This document shows positions 16,326 through 25,731 of a stretch of DNA of 32,000 nt, piece after piece. A program made the position numbers and the translations under genes. Source of the stretch: an uncultured delta proteobacterium (lineage in GTDB: Bacteria; Myxococcota_A; Polyangia; Polyangiales; Polyangiaceae); contig CAWIUL010000012.1 in the NCBI GenBank assembly GCA_963839305.1, positions 1 through 32,000 of the forward strand, written 5' to 3'. The notes beneath the pieces were generated by a model that saw only the letters and a program-made list of their open reading frames with translations, made no database searches and had not been told where the DNA came from. The stretch's first letter is position 1; every line of letters starts with the position of its first letter.

Positions 16326-17024
16326 ATGAAGGACCACGCCAGCGCCATCGCGTTCTTCACGGAGCATGGTTACGTCGCCAACCAGCGGTCGTGGGCGCTC
16401 GGGGACACCGTCGTGGTCGGGATAAAGGACACTCCCAGCGCCGAGGGCGTGGCCGTGTTGTCGTTCGTGCTTTGGCTCGTCCCCAACGAACCTCCCGCGT
16501 GGGACGTCGTGTCAACGGTCTACATGCACGAGCGGCGCCTCACGTTCGCGACGCTCCGCGTCGCCTGCGAAGCGGCGCTAAAACAACTCCGGTTGCAGGT
16601 GATTGAGCAGGCCTGTCCCTCGTGCGGTGGAAGGCGCGAGCTCCGGTTCGGCGAACGTATCTTCGAAACAGGGAATCGCTGGTACGAAAGCACAAGTTGT
16701 CGCGACTGCAGAGCGATGACCGAGGCCGACGGCGGCGGCGAGCTCCCCGACGACCTTCGCGCGATCGAGTTCGCTCGAAATGGACGCTGGCGAGTCGCCG
16801 TCGAGAGCCCAGCAACGACAGTCGACTGGCGAGCTATGCGTGATCTGCTCGGGCTCGATCTCGCCGCGACTGCCGCGCTCAAAAAGCGGGTCCCGGGCGT
16901 CGTCGCCGAGGGGACCTTCGCGCACGCGGTCCGCATCCGCGACCTCTTCGCCAGAAATGGAGCTTCCGCCGGGCTCAGCGAGATCGACCCGCCGTCACTC
17001 GGCCAATCGATAACAGCGGAATAA
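16326..17024 (+). CDS. hypothetical protein with central CxxC...CxxC Zn-ribbon
   Basis: Intact 232-aa ORF with CPSCGGRRELRF....STSCRDCRAM. The C-terminal ~60 aa (MRDLLGLDLAATAALKKRVPGVVAEGTFAHAVRIRDLFARNGASAGL) resemble a ribosomal L7/L12 C-terminal-like fold by pattern only. Confidence 0.55.
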   Translation: MKDHASAIAFFTEHGYVANQRSWALGDTVVVGIKDTPSAEGVAVLSFVLWLVPNEPPAWDVVSTVYMHERRLTFATLRVACEAALKQLRLQVIEQACPSCGGRRELRFGERIFETGNRWYESTSCRDCRAMTEADGGGELPDDLRAIEFARNGRWRVAVESPATTVDWRAMRDLLGLDLAATAALKKRVPGVVAEGTFAHAVRIRDLFARNGASAGLSEIDPPSLGQSITAE

Positions 17025-17262
17025 CCGGGGCTCGGTCGCTTGGGACGGCGGCGCGTCCTCAAACGTGTTCGATAACGTAGGATTCAGCTTCGCTGCGTGA
17101 CCATCTGGACGCAGCGTCGCGGCGCGCGGCTCGAGCATTAAGTCTTCGCGGCGGCCGTCGCGCGCGACGCTTCATGCATGATCGCTCGTCTGGTTCTTCG
17201 AGGAGAACCGCGGGCAGAGGAGACGCGCGGCTGTAGCGCGCGTTGGTGCGCGACGTGCGGAG

Positions 17263-17874
17263 TTAGCGGGTCGCCGTCGTCAGATTGAGCTCATTCGTTC
17301 GATCAGCCGGCCACAATTGGTGGCGACGCTGCACCGCAAAGATCGGCGCGTAGATGTTCGCGTCGCCGAGCGTTACGTCGAACGCGCCGCGATCAAGTTC
17401 TTCGTGCCTGAGGAGCGCCTTCGCGACGCGGTCCACGACCCTCCACACGGCGACGAGCGACTCGCGGGTGGACTCGTAGAATCGATCGACCTCGCGCCAC
17501 ACCTCGTCATCGTCGAGTGCGGCTGTGCGGAGAAGGTCTTCGACGACGCGGAATCCATCGCGTTCTTCGCAGTGCTCGAAATCGTCGCGGAACGTCGGAT
17601 CGATTCGCGCCAAGAGTGCGAGCCCAACCTCGTGACGAAGCTGTCGGACGCGTCGTCCGGTAAGCACGTGCTCCGCCGCGAACCCTGCGAGGTGAACCTG
17701 AATGCGAGACGAGAAGCGATTCGAGAGCCGCAACCCGTTGCGCCCAAGTGTGTGTCCGACGGCGCGGATGCTAATGAGCTCGGGCGGGTTCGCGATCGCC
17801 GACGACAGCACCGCGTGTCCCGCCTCGTGGTAGGCGAGCCGCGTTCGAGCGGACGATCGGGGACGCGGTTTCAC
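17263..17874 (-). CDS. standalone FtsH-type (M41-like) zinc metalloprotease domain protein
   Basis: RLAYHEAGHAV (HExxH) followed by ...HLAGFAAEHVL... and a C-terminal helical VDRVAKALLRHEELDRGAF, resembling the FtsH protease domain. There is no AAA+ module and no TM segment. The start is uncertain (GTG at 17874 and no clear RBS); the ORF-track N-terminus overlaps the divergent gene and looks off-frame. Confidence 0.55.
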   Translation of the reverse strand: MKPRPRSSARTRLAYHEAGHAVLSSAIANPPELISIRAVGHTLGRNGLRLSNRFSSRIQVHLAGFAAEHVLTGRRVRQLRHEVGLALLARIDPTFRDDFEHCEERDGFRVVEDLLRTAALDDDEVWREVDRFYESTRESLVAVWRVVDRVAKALLRHEELDRGAFDVTLGDANIYAPIFAVQRRHQLWPADRTNELNLTTATR

Positions 17875-17977
17875 GCGGTGTTTTGTATACGCGAGGGACG
17901 CGCCGCAAAGAAGCCCCGGCCGCGGCTGCGCACTCGACACCCTCGCGCTGGCGCTCGACTTCGGCGAAGATCGAAAC

Positions 17978-18877
17978 GTGTTCGACCTCGAAAAGACGAA
18001 AGCGCTCGGCCGCGTGCTCCTCGAGGTCGTGCAGCCAAATCCGGACGAACGCCACACGGAGTGGGCGCAGCGCGCCAAGGAATGGGGCGCGGCGCATCCG
18101 ACGCATCCGGCGTCCATCGACCTCAAACAACGGTTCTTCAGCGGCGGCGGCGAGCCGCGCGACTTTGCGTTCCTCCTGATGTGGTCGATGAATGGGTTTC
18201 CGCGCCTGCTGCTCGACAAGCTTCAGGCGTACGAATTCATCTCCACCAACGCCGGCGACGACCCGGAGATCATGCAGTTCTCACCGTGGTCGGCGTACCT
18301 CATCGAGATCCCGCACGATGTGCTGCAAATCCCCGTCGACGGGCGGATGACTTCTTTCGATGTGATTCACGTGCTCGAGGTCGACGGCGCCCGTGGCTTC
18401 GTTGTGCGAGGCCGGCGTAGCGAGCACGCGATCAGCGGTCGGCTCGTGTTCCCGCTCCCGGATTGGTCGGAGGACAAGCCGCGCGTCGTGCGCGAGAACG
18501 AGAGCGCCCTCGATCGCGTGCGCGATGCTGTCGCGCATTTGATCATCAGCGCCGAAATCGAAATGAACAATCGCGAGCAGCTCATCGAGGTCAAGGCCCG
18601 CGCGAAGATCGGCAAGAGCTTGAACGCGCCCGGCACGTACAAGCTCGGTCGCGTCGTCACCGTCGACTGCAGCGAGCACGTGAAAGAATATTTGTCTGGC
18701 GAGCGTCGCACTGCGCGTCGCGTTCGCTGGCTCACGCGCGGCCACGGCAAGATGCAGCCGTATGGCCCGAACAACTCGCTCAGGAAGCCGATTCGCATCG
18801 AGCCCTACTGGAACCCGAAGACGGTGGACCTTCCAATGGCGGAGCGACCACACCGACTGGGTAAGCGGCGCTCGTAG
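17978..18877 (+). CDS. hypothetical protein (299 aa)
   Basis: Intact ORF with protein-like composition. The C-terminal motif RVRWLTRGHGKMQPYGPNNSLRKPIRIEPYWNP is reminiscent of mobile-element proteins. It is divergent from the M41-like gene. Confidence 0.55.
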   Translation: MFDLEKTKALGRVLLEVVQPNPDERHTEWAQRAKEWGAAHPTHPASIDLKQRFFSGGGEPRDFAFLLMWSMNGFPRLLLDKLQAYEFISTNAGDDPEIMQFSPWSAYLIEIPHDVLQIPVDGRMTSFDVIHVLEVDGARGFVVRGRRSEHAISGRLVFPLPDWSEDKPRVVRENESALDRVRDAVAHLIISAEIEMNNREQLIEVKARAKIGKSLNAPGTYKLGRVVTVDCSEHVKEYLSGERRTARRVRWLTRGHGKMQPYGPNNSLRKPIRIEPYWNPKTVDLPMAERPHRLGKRRS

Positions 18878-18885
18878 GTTCGAGC

Positions 18886-19209
18886 ATGCCGAAGAAGCTC
18901 ACACGGGCACGGCTTCGCGCCATGATCGAGGAGGCGACCGTCGACGCATACGATCGCTCCGAGCAAGTCATTGGATGGATGACGATGCTCGAGAACGAGC
19001 TCGCGTTACCGTTCGAAACCGAGGTGCTCGGCGTGACGGTCAAGGTCGTCCGCATCGACGTCACGCCCGACGACACGCTCGTCGCCGTTTGTACGCGAGG
19101 CAAGGCGAAGCAGCGCGTGGCAGTTGCGGACCTTCCGCTGCCAACGCGCCGGCCACGTGGCGCCGAGTGGATCGAGGCGTACCGAGCATGGTTGAACGGA
19201 TCCTGGTAA
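18886..19209 (+). CDS. small conserved-looking hypothetical protein (107 aa)
   Basis: MPKKLTRARLRAMIEEATVDAYDRSEQVIGWMTMLENELALPFETEVLGVTVKVVRIDV..., 8 nt after the preceding stop. Family not identified. Confidence 0.55.
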   Translation: MPKKLTRARLRAMIEEATVDAYDRSEQVIGWMTMLENELALPFETEVLGVTVKVVRIDVTPDDTLVAVCTRGKAKQRVAVADLPLPTRRPRGAEWIEAYRAWLNGSW

Positions 19210-19288
19210 CGGTCTCGCTGAAGCACGATGAGCACTACGACTTCACGGATGACGGCGGTCGGTGGATGGGGCGAGCCACCAGGCCCTG

Positions 19289-19873
19289 TCAGCCACCGTC
19301 GCCTTCGTCTCGTCGGGCAAACCCCACGTGCCGGCGTGAGTACGCGGGAAGACGCGCAGACACGAGGTCGATGGCCTCCTGCGCATTCGCCGCGCGATAC
19401 ACGCAGTCGTCCGGGATGTCCGGATAGCGCTCCCGATGATCGAGTCGTTGCCCTGCGAGCGTCTCGCTCCAACCCGGCGCCACGATCGCGACGATCAGGC
19501 GCCGGTACATCCACGCGAAGGCGATCTCCGAGAGCGTTCCGGCGCCGCCTCCCACGGCGACCATGGCGTCGCAATTGGCCACGAGAGAGTTCCGCGCGTG
19601 ATCGAGTCCGCTCGCGATGACGATGTCCGCCCACGCGTTGGCTTCTGCGGGATTCGGGTGTGGCAGGATCGCGAGCGTGTCCCCTTCGTGGTAGCGCGCG
19701 GACTCGTGCGCACCGCGTAATGCGGCCTCCATCACGCCACCAAGGCCGCCGGAGACGACGCGCATCCCCGCATCGACGGCGAGGCGTCCGAGGGTGCGTG
19801 CGTGTTCGTACGCGGGGTTGCCGTCGCTGACGCCAGCGTCACCCACCACAGCGAGCAGCGGTCTCCGCTTCAT
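19289..19873 (-). CDS. LOG / TIGR00725-like Rossmann-fold protein (lysine-decarboxylase-like family)
   Basis: VVGDAG....A..LGRLAVDAGMRVVSGGLGGVMEAALRGA...LAILP... and the LOG-type motif VAVGGGAGTLSEI. The ATG at 19873 overlaps the giant gene's TGA as ATGA, with GGAGG 7 nt upstream. An alternative ATG lies at 19894. Confidence 0.75.
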   Translation of the reverse strand: MKRRPLLAVVGDAGVSDGNPAYEHARTLGRLAVDAGMRVVSGGLGGVMEAALRGAHESARYHEGDTLAILPHPNPAEANAWADIVIASGLDHARNSLVANCDAMVAVGGGAGTLSEIAFAWMYRRLIVAIVAPGWSETLAGQRLDHRERYPDIPDDCVYRAANAQEAIDLVSARLPAYSRRHVGFARRDEGDGG

Positions 19874-22800
19874 TGGTCTACCTCCGGCATCCATTCGGCG
19901 TCATCGCAAGGAACTGCGCGTTGCATCGCCAGCATTCTCGGGACGTCGGGTACATCGTGCAGCGCGAAGCCGAGCCGCACTCCCATTCGGGACAGTGCGG
20001 CAGCGACACGCGCGTCCACGGCCCCGTCGGGATACGCGGCGGAGCACCCACTGCCTCCCATCCTGACCGTCCACTCGCGAGCCTGAGTGACGCATTCCGC
20101 GAACTCCCCATCATTGTAGAGCGTCCATCGAACGTGCTCCGTGCCATGCATGGCGATGCTCAGGTCTCCGGTCGCGACAAACTCTCGGAGCGTCCTTTCG
20201 TGCAGGTAAAGCGATCGCCGGAGCGCATCACCGTTGGCCGCCACGCGGTGGGCGGCCTCGAGCTGGTCGCGGACGGACGTTTGGAGGAAGGCCTCGCGCC
20301 AGTTTCGCATCTTCATCCGCTCCGAAGATTCTTCATCTGCATAGATCGCGTCGAGTGGAGCGAGGCTCGGCCACCCATCATCGAGTGCGGCGCGCACGAA
20401 GACCGTGCTCGGGATACCGAGCTTTTGCAGGATGGGCCACGCGTGTTCGGCGAAATCTCGGTAGCCATCATCGACCGTCACCAGGAGGGCGTTCTCCGGA
20501 AGAGCAACCTCGCCAGCCGCGGCGCGTTCGACATCGCCCAAATGAACGGGCACGTAACGCCGAACGAGCCGGCGAAGCTGCGCCTCGAAGGCGGCAGTGG
20601 ACACGACCATTCCCCGGTCGCGATAGACGCGCACAAGGCGGTTCGCGTGCGGGTCGGGGAGCACGCGGTGATAGCTCAGCGTCGTGAGCTTCAGAGCATT
20701 CGCCGCTCGTCGTCGCGGGTACGACGGCTTCGAAGTGAGCGATCGGATCACGCTTTCACGGGCGCTCCGTGCGGCGGCGTCTCTTGGGTCCGTCGGCTCG
20801 TGCAGATAGTTGGACTCGCGGATCCAGACCGGCCGTTTCGCCATCTCGATGATCGGCAGCATGAAGGCCCAGTCCGTCGCGCGCGCCCACCAAGACGCAC
20901 CATCTTGCAGATCGCTCGTCTCGATCCGGTCGAAGAGCGTTTTTCGGAACGTGCGCAGGTGTTGCCAGACCGCGCCGCCGCGCTTCGCACGTGGCGCTTC
21001 GAAGTCCACCGTGTAATTCGACTGCTTGTCCGTCCGGACCATCGACCCAACCGTCACGTCAGCGCCGCGCGCGTGCTCCTCCGCGACGCGCTCGAGCGCC
21101 TTCGTGCTCCCGAGCGCGTCGTCTAGGTCGACGAGGACAATCGCGGCTTCAGGTCTCGCGACGAGGTTCCGCACCGCGTGGTGCGTGTTCGCGAGCAGCC
21201 CTACGCGGCGCCTCCGCCGAACGAACGTCACGCGATCCCCAAAACGGACGCACTCACGCTTGAGGGTGTCATCCGAGCCATCGTCGGACGCGTCGTCGAT
21301 GACGATCGCCCCCCACGCCTGGAACGTTTGCGCGGCGAGGGAGTCCAGACAGCGTCGAATGCGCCCGGCGCCCACGTTGCGACCGCAGACGACGAGCACC
21401 ATGGACTCGTCGCGACCGCGCTGCAAAGATCGCGGCGAGCCGAGAACTTGCGCGGCGCGGGGACGGCCGACGTCGCGACCGTCGCGTTCGATCTCGTCGA
21501 TGAGCAGAAGAAGATCGTCGGCCTTCGACTTTCGCGCGTTGTCGGGGTGTGCGAACCAATGGGCGCGCGACCCGAGTCGTAGAGAGGTCCCCTTTCCAAA
21601 CGCCACGGCTCGGTCCAAGGAACGGTGCCACGGCAGCTGAAAGCGTCCATCACGCACCTCGTTCGCCAAAGGCCGGAGCCCTTGAGCGCGCGCCTTGTGG
21701 ATCCATCCGCAAATTGCCTCGACGCGGAAGGGACCCCGCTCGTCGCCATCGCGAACACGCGGAGCGTCGCCTGGCACTGGCAGCGCGAGCGTGAGCGCGT
21801 CCGGTCGTGCATCGAACGCGTCGATGGCTTCGCGAACGAAGTCGGCGACGGGATCGGGCCGCCCGACAAGCGTGTCGACATCCGCGTGAAGGACGAAATC
21901 TCCGGTGCACGCGTCGAGCGCCGAAAGGAACGCGACGAGCGCTTGGCCATTGGCTGCGTGTGTGGTGCCGCAGTCCGTGCCGAACCAGCGCTCCGCGACC
22001 TTGGCGATTTCGTGTTCGGCGGTAGGGGCCTCGACGACGCGGTCAACGATGCCGCGCCGTCGGAGGCGATCGAGCGCGGCGCGCGCACCGGGAAGATCGG
22101 CATGCGAGTGCTCACGCACGAACCCGGTCAGCGACGGGTCGAGCGCGACGATCACTTCGTCGAAGGCGCGTGGACGGGCCAATTGGTGGACGAGGTGCTC
22201 AACCTGAGCCTCGAGGGTCTCGGCGTCCATCGGACACGCTTTGATCACGAGTGATGTGCGCGCCTCGATCCGCGCGAGGGGTCGGAGCTCGAAAAGACGG
22301 AACTCGGGCACGCGCTCGAACCGATGGAGGTCCGTGCCGTCGACAATCGATTCTAGTGCGACGGCGAAACCTGCCGTAGCGAAGGCGCGTCGATACGCGT
22401 CGAGCGGGCGATGGACCTCGGTGCGAAGGTCTCCTGATGCCTCGCTGCGCTTCGTGTAGGACGAGATTGAAAGATATGCGTTCTCCTCTGGGTCGACGCG
22501 CGTCTGCGATGTAGTGCGCTCGACCCGACAACTTGTGGGGTCGCACACGGCGACGAGAACGCGACCGGTTTCTCGAACGACGTGCCGCATGCGCGCGAGG
22601 GCATCGCGCATCCCGCCGTCCTCGAGGGTGCAAAGCACGAGAGAGCATGTGATTGCGTCGAATGGCGCGCGTTCGAGGACGCGCCCGATGCAGCGTTCGT
22701 CGACGAAGACCCCGGGAGCTGCGGCCTCCCATCGCGCTCCCAAGCGCTCGTCCGGGTCGAACGCGAGAAGGCCGCGGACGCGCCGCTGGCCTCGCGGTTT

Positions 22801-25731
22801 CCCGCAGCCGTAGTCGAGCCAACTGGTCGCGCCGTGACGTTCGACCCACGCCAGAACGGCTTCATCAAGGACCTGTTTTGGATGCGGGCTTCGCAGCGCG
22901 TCGAGGAGGGCGCGCCAGCCCGTGAGCTCCGTGAAATCCTCTTCATCGACCGAGCGATGAAGGAGCTCGTTCAGGTCCGATCGGAACCAGAAGCGCCAGG
23001 ACAGGAACGCGCGCCGCACCATGCGCTCTTCGCCAACGGGGGTCGCCGGCTCGAGAGAGTGACCGAGATCGACGAGCTGAAGACCTCGCGCCGTGCGGCG
23101 AAGGTTCTTCGGGTGAATGTTCGTATGGACGAGACCGAGCGCGAGGAGCTCGCGAAGTAGCTCGTACATGCCGGGTCCATAGCTGCCTTCGAAGGGAGCA
23201 CTCTCGACGTACTCGCACTCGAGCACGAGGCCGTGCTGCGTCTCGTGAACCGCGACAACGTGCGGCAAGGACGAAGTCTCCTTGCCGACGAGGCGCCGGA
23301 GATGCGGCGTCGCACAGGTCACGGCGTCGCGGTCCAGCCCATCGAACACCTTCAACGTCCGATGCTCGCAGCGAAGAACGACTCCCTCCGCGCCCATGCC
23401 CAACATCTCATCGGCGGCGAAGCCAAGGTCGGCACCGATGGCCGCTGCGCGCGTTCTTCTGGCTTCCGCGAGCCAGCGCGCAGGCGCTTGGAATGTCGCC
23501 GTCGCCAGGTTCTGGCGATCACGCAGGAACGTCGCGATGTCCATTTCATCGATGCCACTCGAAACTGCGACCTCGATCGCGTCGGTTCGCGCTCGCGAGA
23601 AGCGTGCGTCGACGGCGTCGACGAGCTCGGCAACCTCCGTCCCGAGGGTGCTCGTCCACCAAGGGCTCGTGTCGAGCAATCGTCGGATGATCTGCACGAG
23701 GCCACGTGTGCGCCACCACGCGAGCCGCGCGGCGGCGAGTCGCTCGGTGACGTACTTGCGCGTGAGGTGCAGCAGCCGGTCGAGCTCCCCTTCGTCGAGG
23801 AGGGCGCCCTTGTTGCGAACGAGCATCTCGTACGCGCGAAAAAAACCGTAGCCCAGAATGTCGTCGACGAGTCTGCGCGAATCGTCCTGATCCTCCGGCT
23901 CTGAGGAGCGATCGTGCGAGAGCGCGAGCGGAATGGCCACGACGCGGCGGCCGTGAACGTGCGCGGCGTCTGCAGCCCAGAGCATGTCCGAGCGGCGTAT
24001 CGGGCGCTCGCCGACACGCGGCGACATGTTCGAGGCGGTCCGCAGAAGATCGAGATCGAAGACGAACGTGTTGCCTCCGCGAAGACACGACGGCCTCGCG
24101 CCCGCCACCACGTCCCCTGAAACACTCGGGAGCTCACGCGTGACGAGCTCGCCAGCGAGGATTCGCCGAAGCCTCCCTCGAAGATGCGCGACCGCCGTCC
24201 CCCAGGTAGCGTCCTGCGGAGCGGGCGAAAACGGCGTTTCGAGACGGTCAGTCTCCGACCTCGCGAGGTCGTAGTAGAAGTCGCGACGCGCTCGGCGCCA
24301 CCGATGATTGCGCACGAAGGGATCATCGGTCGCGTCGGTTGGCGAGTGCGTGGCGGCCGCATGGAGAAAGTGCGCGAGGTCAACGAGCTGGACCCGAATC
24401 GTGGAGGAGCTCGGAACCGGGGCCGCACCCGTGTTGCCGCCAAGCGCGACGGCGAAGCCGGCCTGTTTCGCGCGTGCGATTTGGGTGACGAAATGGTCGA
24501 GCACACGAGAATCCGTGGGTAGCCGATGGTCGTCGTCGACGATCCAAGCGACCGCTCCGGGTAAGCGAGAAGCGACCTCGCGGACGCAAGACTGAAGCAG
24601 CGTCCGGGCGACGGCGATACTCTTCGTGTCGGTTAGATCGGTTGGCAGGAGCGCGTGCTCTCGCGCGAGCTCGCGCTGCGCATCGAGGCCAACCGGCCAC
24701 GCGCGCAGTCCGAGGCGGGAGGCTGCGGTCACGACACCGTCGAAACCTCGCCGCGATCCGTTCTCCAACAGGACGACGTCCAACGACCGAACCCCAGCGG
24801 ATGCGCCCAGTCGCGCGAGCCCGTCGAGGAGCGGCAGCGCTCGATCGGGCCGCGCCCCATCGATGATCGTGCCCACCACAAGCGTCACTGAGCTCGCCAC
24901 GGGATTCGTCGGTGCCTCTTCCCTCACCGTCGAGGCGGGGAGAGCGAGCGGTGCTGGACTCCACCCGAAGAAGTCGCGCGCACGGTCGAGAAACGTGCGC
25001 TCGACGGCAGCGGTCATTCCCGGGCGCCATTTCGCGTAGAAGATCTCGAGACCGGCATGCTTCGCCGGATTCTCAGGGTCCGACAGGCGAGACCCTCCGT
25101 GAAGCGTGTCGTGGTGAGCTCGGGCTTCGGTGAGCGCGTGGTATCGCGCCCCAAGCTCGGCGAGCCGCGCGCACAGATCGCGGTCCGTGCAGCTCGGGAG
25201 CGCCTCATCGAACATACCTGCGCGAAGAAGCACGGAGAGCGTGGCGCTCAGATTCGATCCCTGGACGCCCGGGTTGCCTCGCAAGAAGTCCTCGACGAGG
25301 AGCGATGCCGGCGGAGCTTGCAGGCGGCCATCCGGCGTCTCGCTGTCATGCCGGACTAGCGTGGCGGCCAGTACCTCGACGTCCGTCGCCGCAATGGCGG
25401 CGCGTACGCTCGCAAGATACCCGCGCGCCCAATGGTCATCGTCATCAAGGAACGAGACCCACGACGCATCGGGTTCCTCGCTCCGCGCGAGGTGATCGAG
25501 AGCCGTATTCAACGCACCGCTCAACCCCGGGGTTCGTCGGTTCGTCAGGAGTTCGATTTGCCCCGCACGCGGTCTCGTCGGGTCGAGGTCGGGCTTGGCC
25601 GCGCCGTCGACCACGACGATGACGCGATCCGAATCGCTGACTTGATCGAGAACAGAATCGAGCGCGCGTGTGAGAAGGGCGGGACGACGGCCGGTGGTCG
25701 CGACGACCACGGAATGGCGGTGTGTTTTCAT
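19870..25731 (-). CDS. giant multi-domain protein: GT2, GT-A-like, kinase-like, SAM methyltransferase, GT-A-like, GT2 and NodB polysaccharide deacetylase domains
   Basis: Uninterrupted ORF; ATG at 25731 (MKTHRHSVVVATTG), alternative GTG at 25794. Domains, in ORF-track numbering from 25794: aa 27-230 GT2 (FLDDDD); aa 303-480 GT-A-like (WIVDDDH); aa 795-925 kinase-like (LVHTNIHPKNL, LVDLG). Then aa 985-1150 MTase (WLDYGCGKP); aa 1182-1345 GT-like (HADVD); aa 1465-1660 GT2 (VIDDASDDGS, VDLDD); aa 1700-1950 NodB (VTVDDGYRD, HGTEH). Confidence 0.8.
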   Translation of the reverse strand: MKTHRHSVVVATTGRRPALLTRALDSVLDQVSDSDRVIVVVDGAAKPDLDPTRPRAGQIELLTNRRTPGLSGALNTALDHLARSEEPDASWVSFLDDDDHWARGYLASVRAAIAATDVEVLAATLVRHDSETPDGRLQAPPASLLVEDFLRGNPGVQGSNLSATLSVLLRAGMFDEALPSCTDRDLCARLAELGARYHALTEARAHHDTLHGGSRLSDPENPAKHAGLEIFYAKWRPGMTAAVERTFLDRARDFFGWSPAPLALPASTVREEAPTNPVASSVTLVVGTIIDGARPDRALPLLDGLARLGASAGVRSLDVVLLENGSRRGFDGVVTAASRLGLRAWPVGLDAQRELAREHALLPTDLTDTKSIAVARTLLQSCVREVASRLPGAVAWIVDDDHRLPTDSRVLDHFVTQIARAKQAGFAVALGGNTGAAPVPSSSTIRVQLVDLAHFLHAAATHSPTDATDDPFVRNHRWRRARRDFYYDLARSETDRLETPFSPAPQDATWGTAVAHLRGRLRRILAGELVTRELPSVSGDVVAGARPSCLRGGNTFVFDLDLLRTASNMSPRVGERPIRRSDMLWAADAAHVHGRRVVAIPLALSHDRSSEPEDQDDSRRLVDDILGYGFFRAYEMLVRNKGALLDEGELDRLLHLTRKYVTERLAAARLAWWRTRGLVQIIRRLLDTSPWWTSTLGTEVAELVDAVDARFSRARTDAIEVAVSSGIDEMDIATFLRDRQNLATATFQAPARWLAEARRTRAAAIGADLGFAADEMLGMGAEGVVLRCEHRTLKVFDGLDRDAVTCATPHLRRLVGKETSSLPHVVAVHETQHGLVLECEYVESAPFEGSYGPGMYELLRELLALGLVHTNIHPKNLRRTARGLQLVDLGHSLEPATPVGEERMVRRAFLSWRFWFRSDLNELLHRSVDEEDFTELTGWRALLDALRSPHPKQVLDEAVLAWVERHGATSWLDYGCGKPRGQRRVRGLLAFDPDERLGARWEAAAPGVFVDERCIGRVLERAPFDAITCSLVLCTLEDGGMRDALARMRHVVRETGRVLVAVCDPTSCRVERTTSQTRVDPEENAYLSISSYTKRSEASGDLRTEVHRPLDAYRRAFATAGFAVALESIVDGTDLHRFERVPEFRLFELRPLARIEARTSLVIKACPMDAETLEAQVEHLVHQLARPRAFDEVIVALDPSLTGFVREHSHADLPGARAALDRLRRRGIVDRVVEAPTAEHEIAKVAERWFGTDCGTTHAANGQALVAFLSALDACTGDFVLHADVDTLVGRPDPVADFVREAIDAFDARPDALTLALPVPGDAPRVRDGDERGPFRVEAICGWIHKARAQGLRPLANEVRDGRFQLPWHRSLDRAVAFGKGTSLRLGSRAHWFAHPDNARKSKADDLLLLIDEIERDGRDVGRPRAAQVLGSPRSLQRGRDESMVLVVCGRNVGAGRIRRCLDSLAAQTFQAWGAIVIDDASDDGSDDTLKRECVRFGDRVTFVRRRRRVGLLANTHHAVRNLVARPEAAIVLVDLDDALGSTKALERVAEEHARGADVTVGSMVRTDKQSNYTVDFEAPRAKRGGAVWQHLRTFRKTLFDRIETSDLQDGASWWARATDWAFMLPIIEMAKRPVWIRESNYLHEPTDPRDAAARSARESVIRSLTSKPSYPRRRAANALKLTTLSYHRVLPDPHANRLVRVYRDRGMVVSTAAFEAQLRRLVRRYVPVHLGDVERAAAGEVALPENALLVTVDDGYRDFAEHAWPILQKLGIPSTVFVRAALDDGWPSLAPLDAIYADEESSERMKMRNWREAFLQTSVRDQLEAAHRVAANGDALRRSLYLHERTLREFVATGDLSIAMHGTEHVRWTLYNDGEFAECVTQAREWTVRMGGSGCSAAYPDGAVDARVAAALSRMGVRLGFALHDVPDVPRMLAMQRAVPCDDAEWMPEVDQ

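Noticed and set aside
19228-19620. 130-aa plus-strand ORF
   Set aside because: It is antisense to the well-supported LOG-like gene and has an Arg/Pro-rich off-frame composition.
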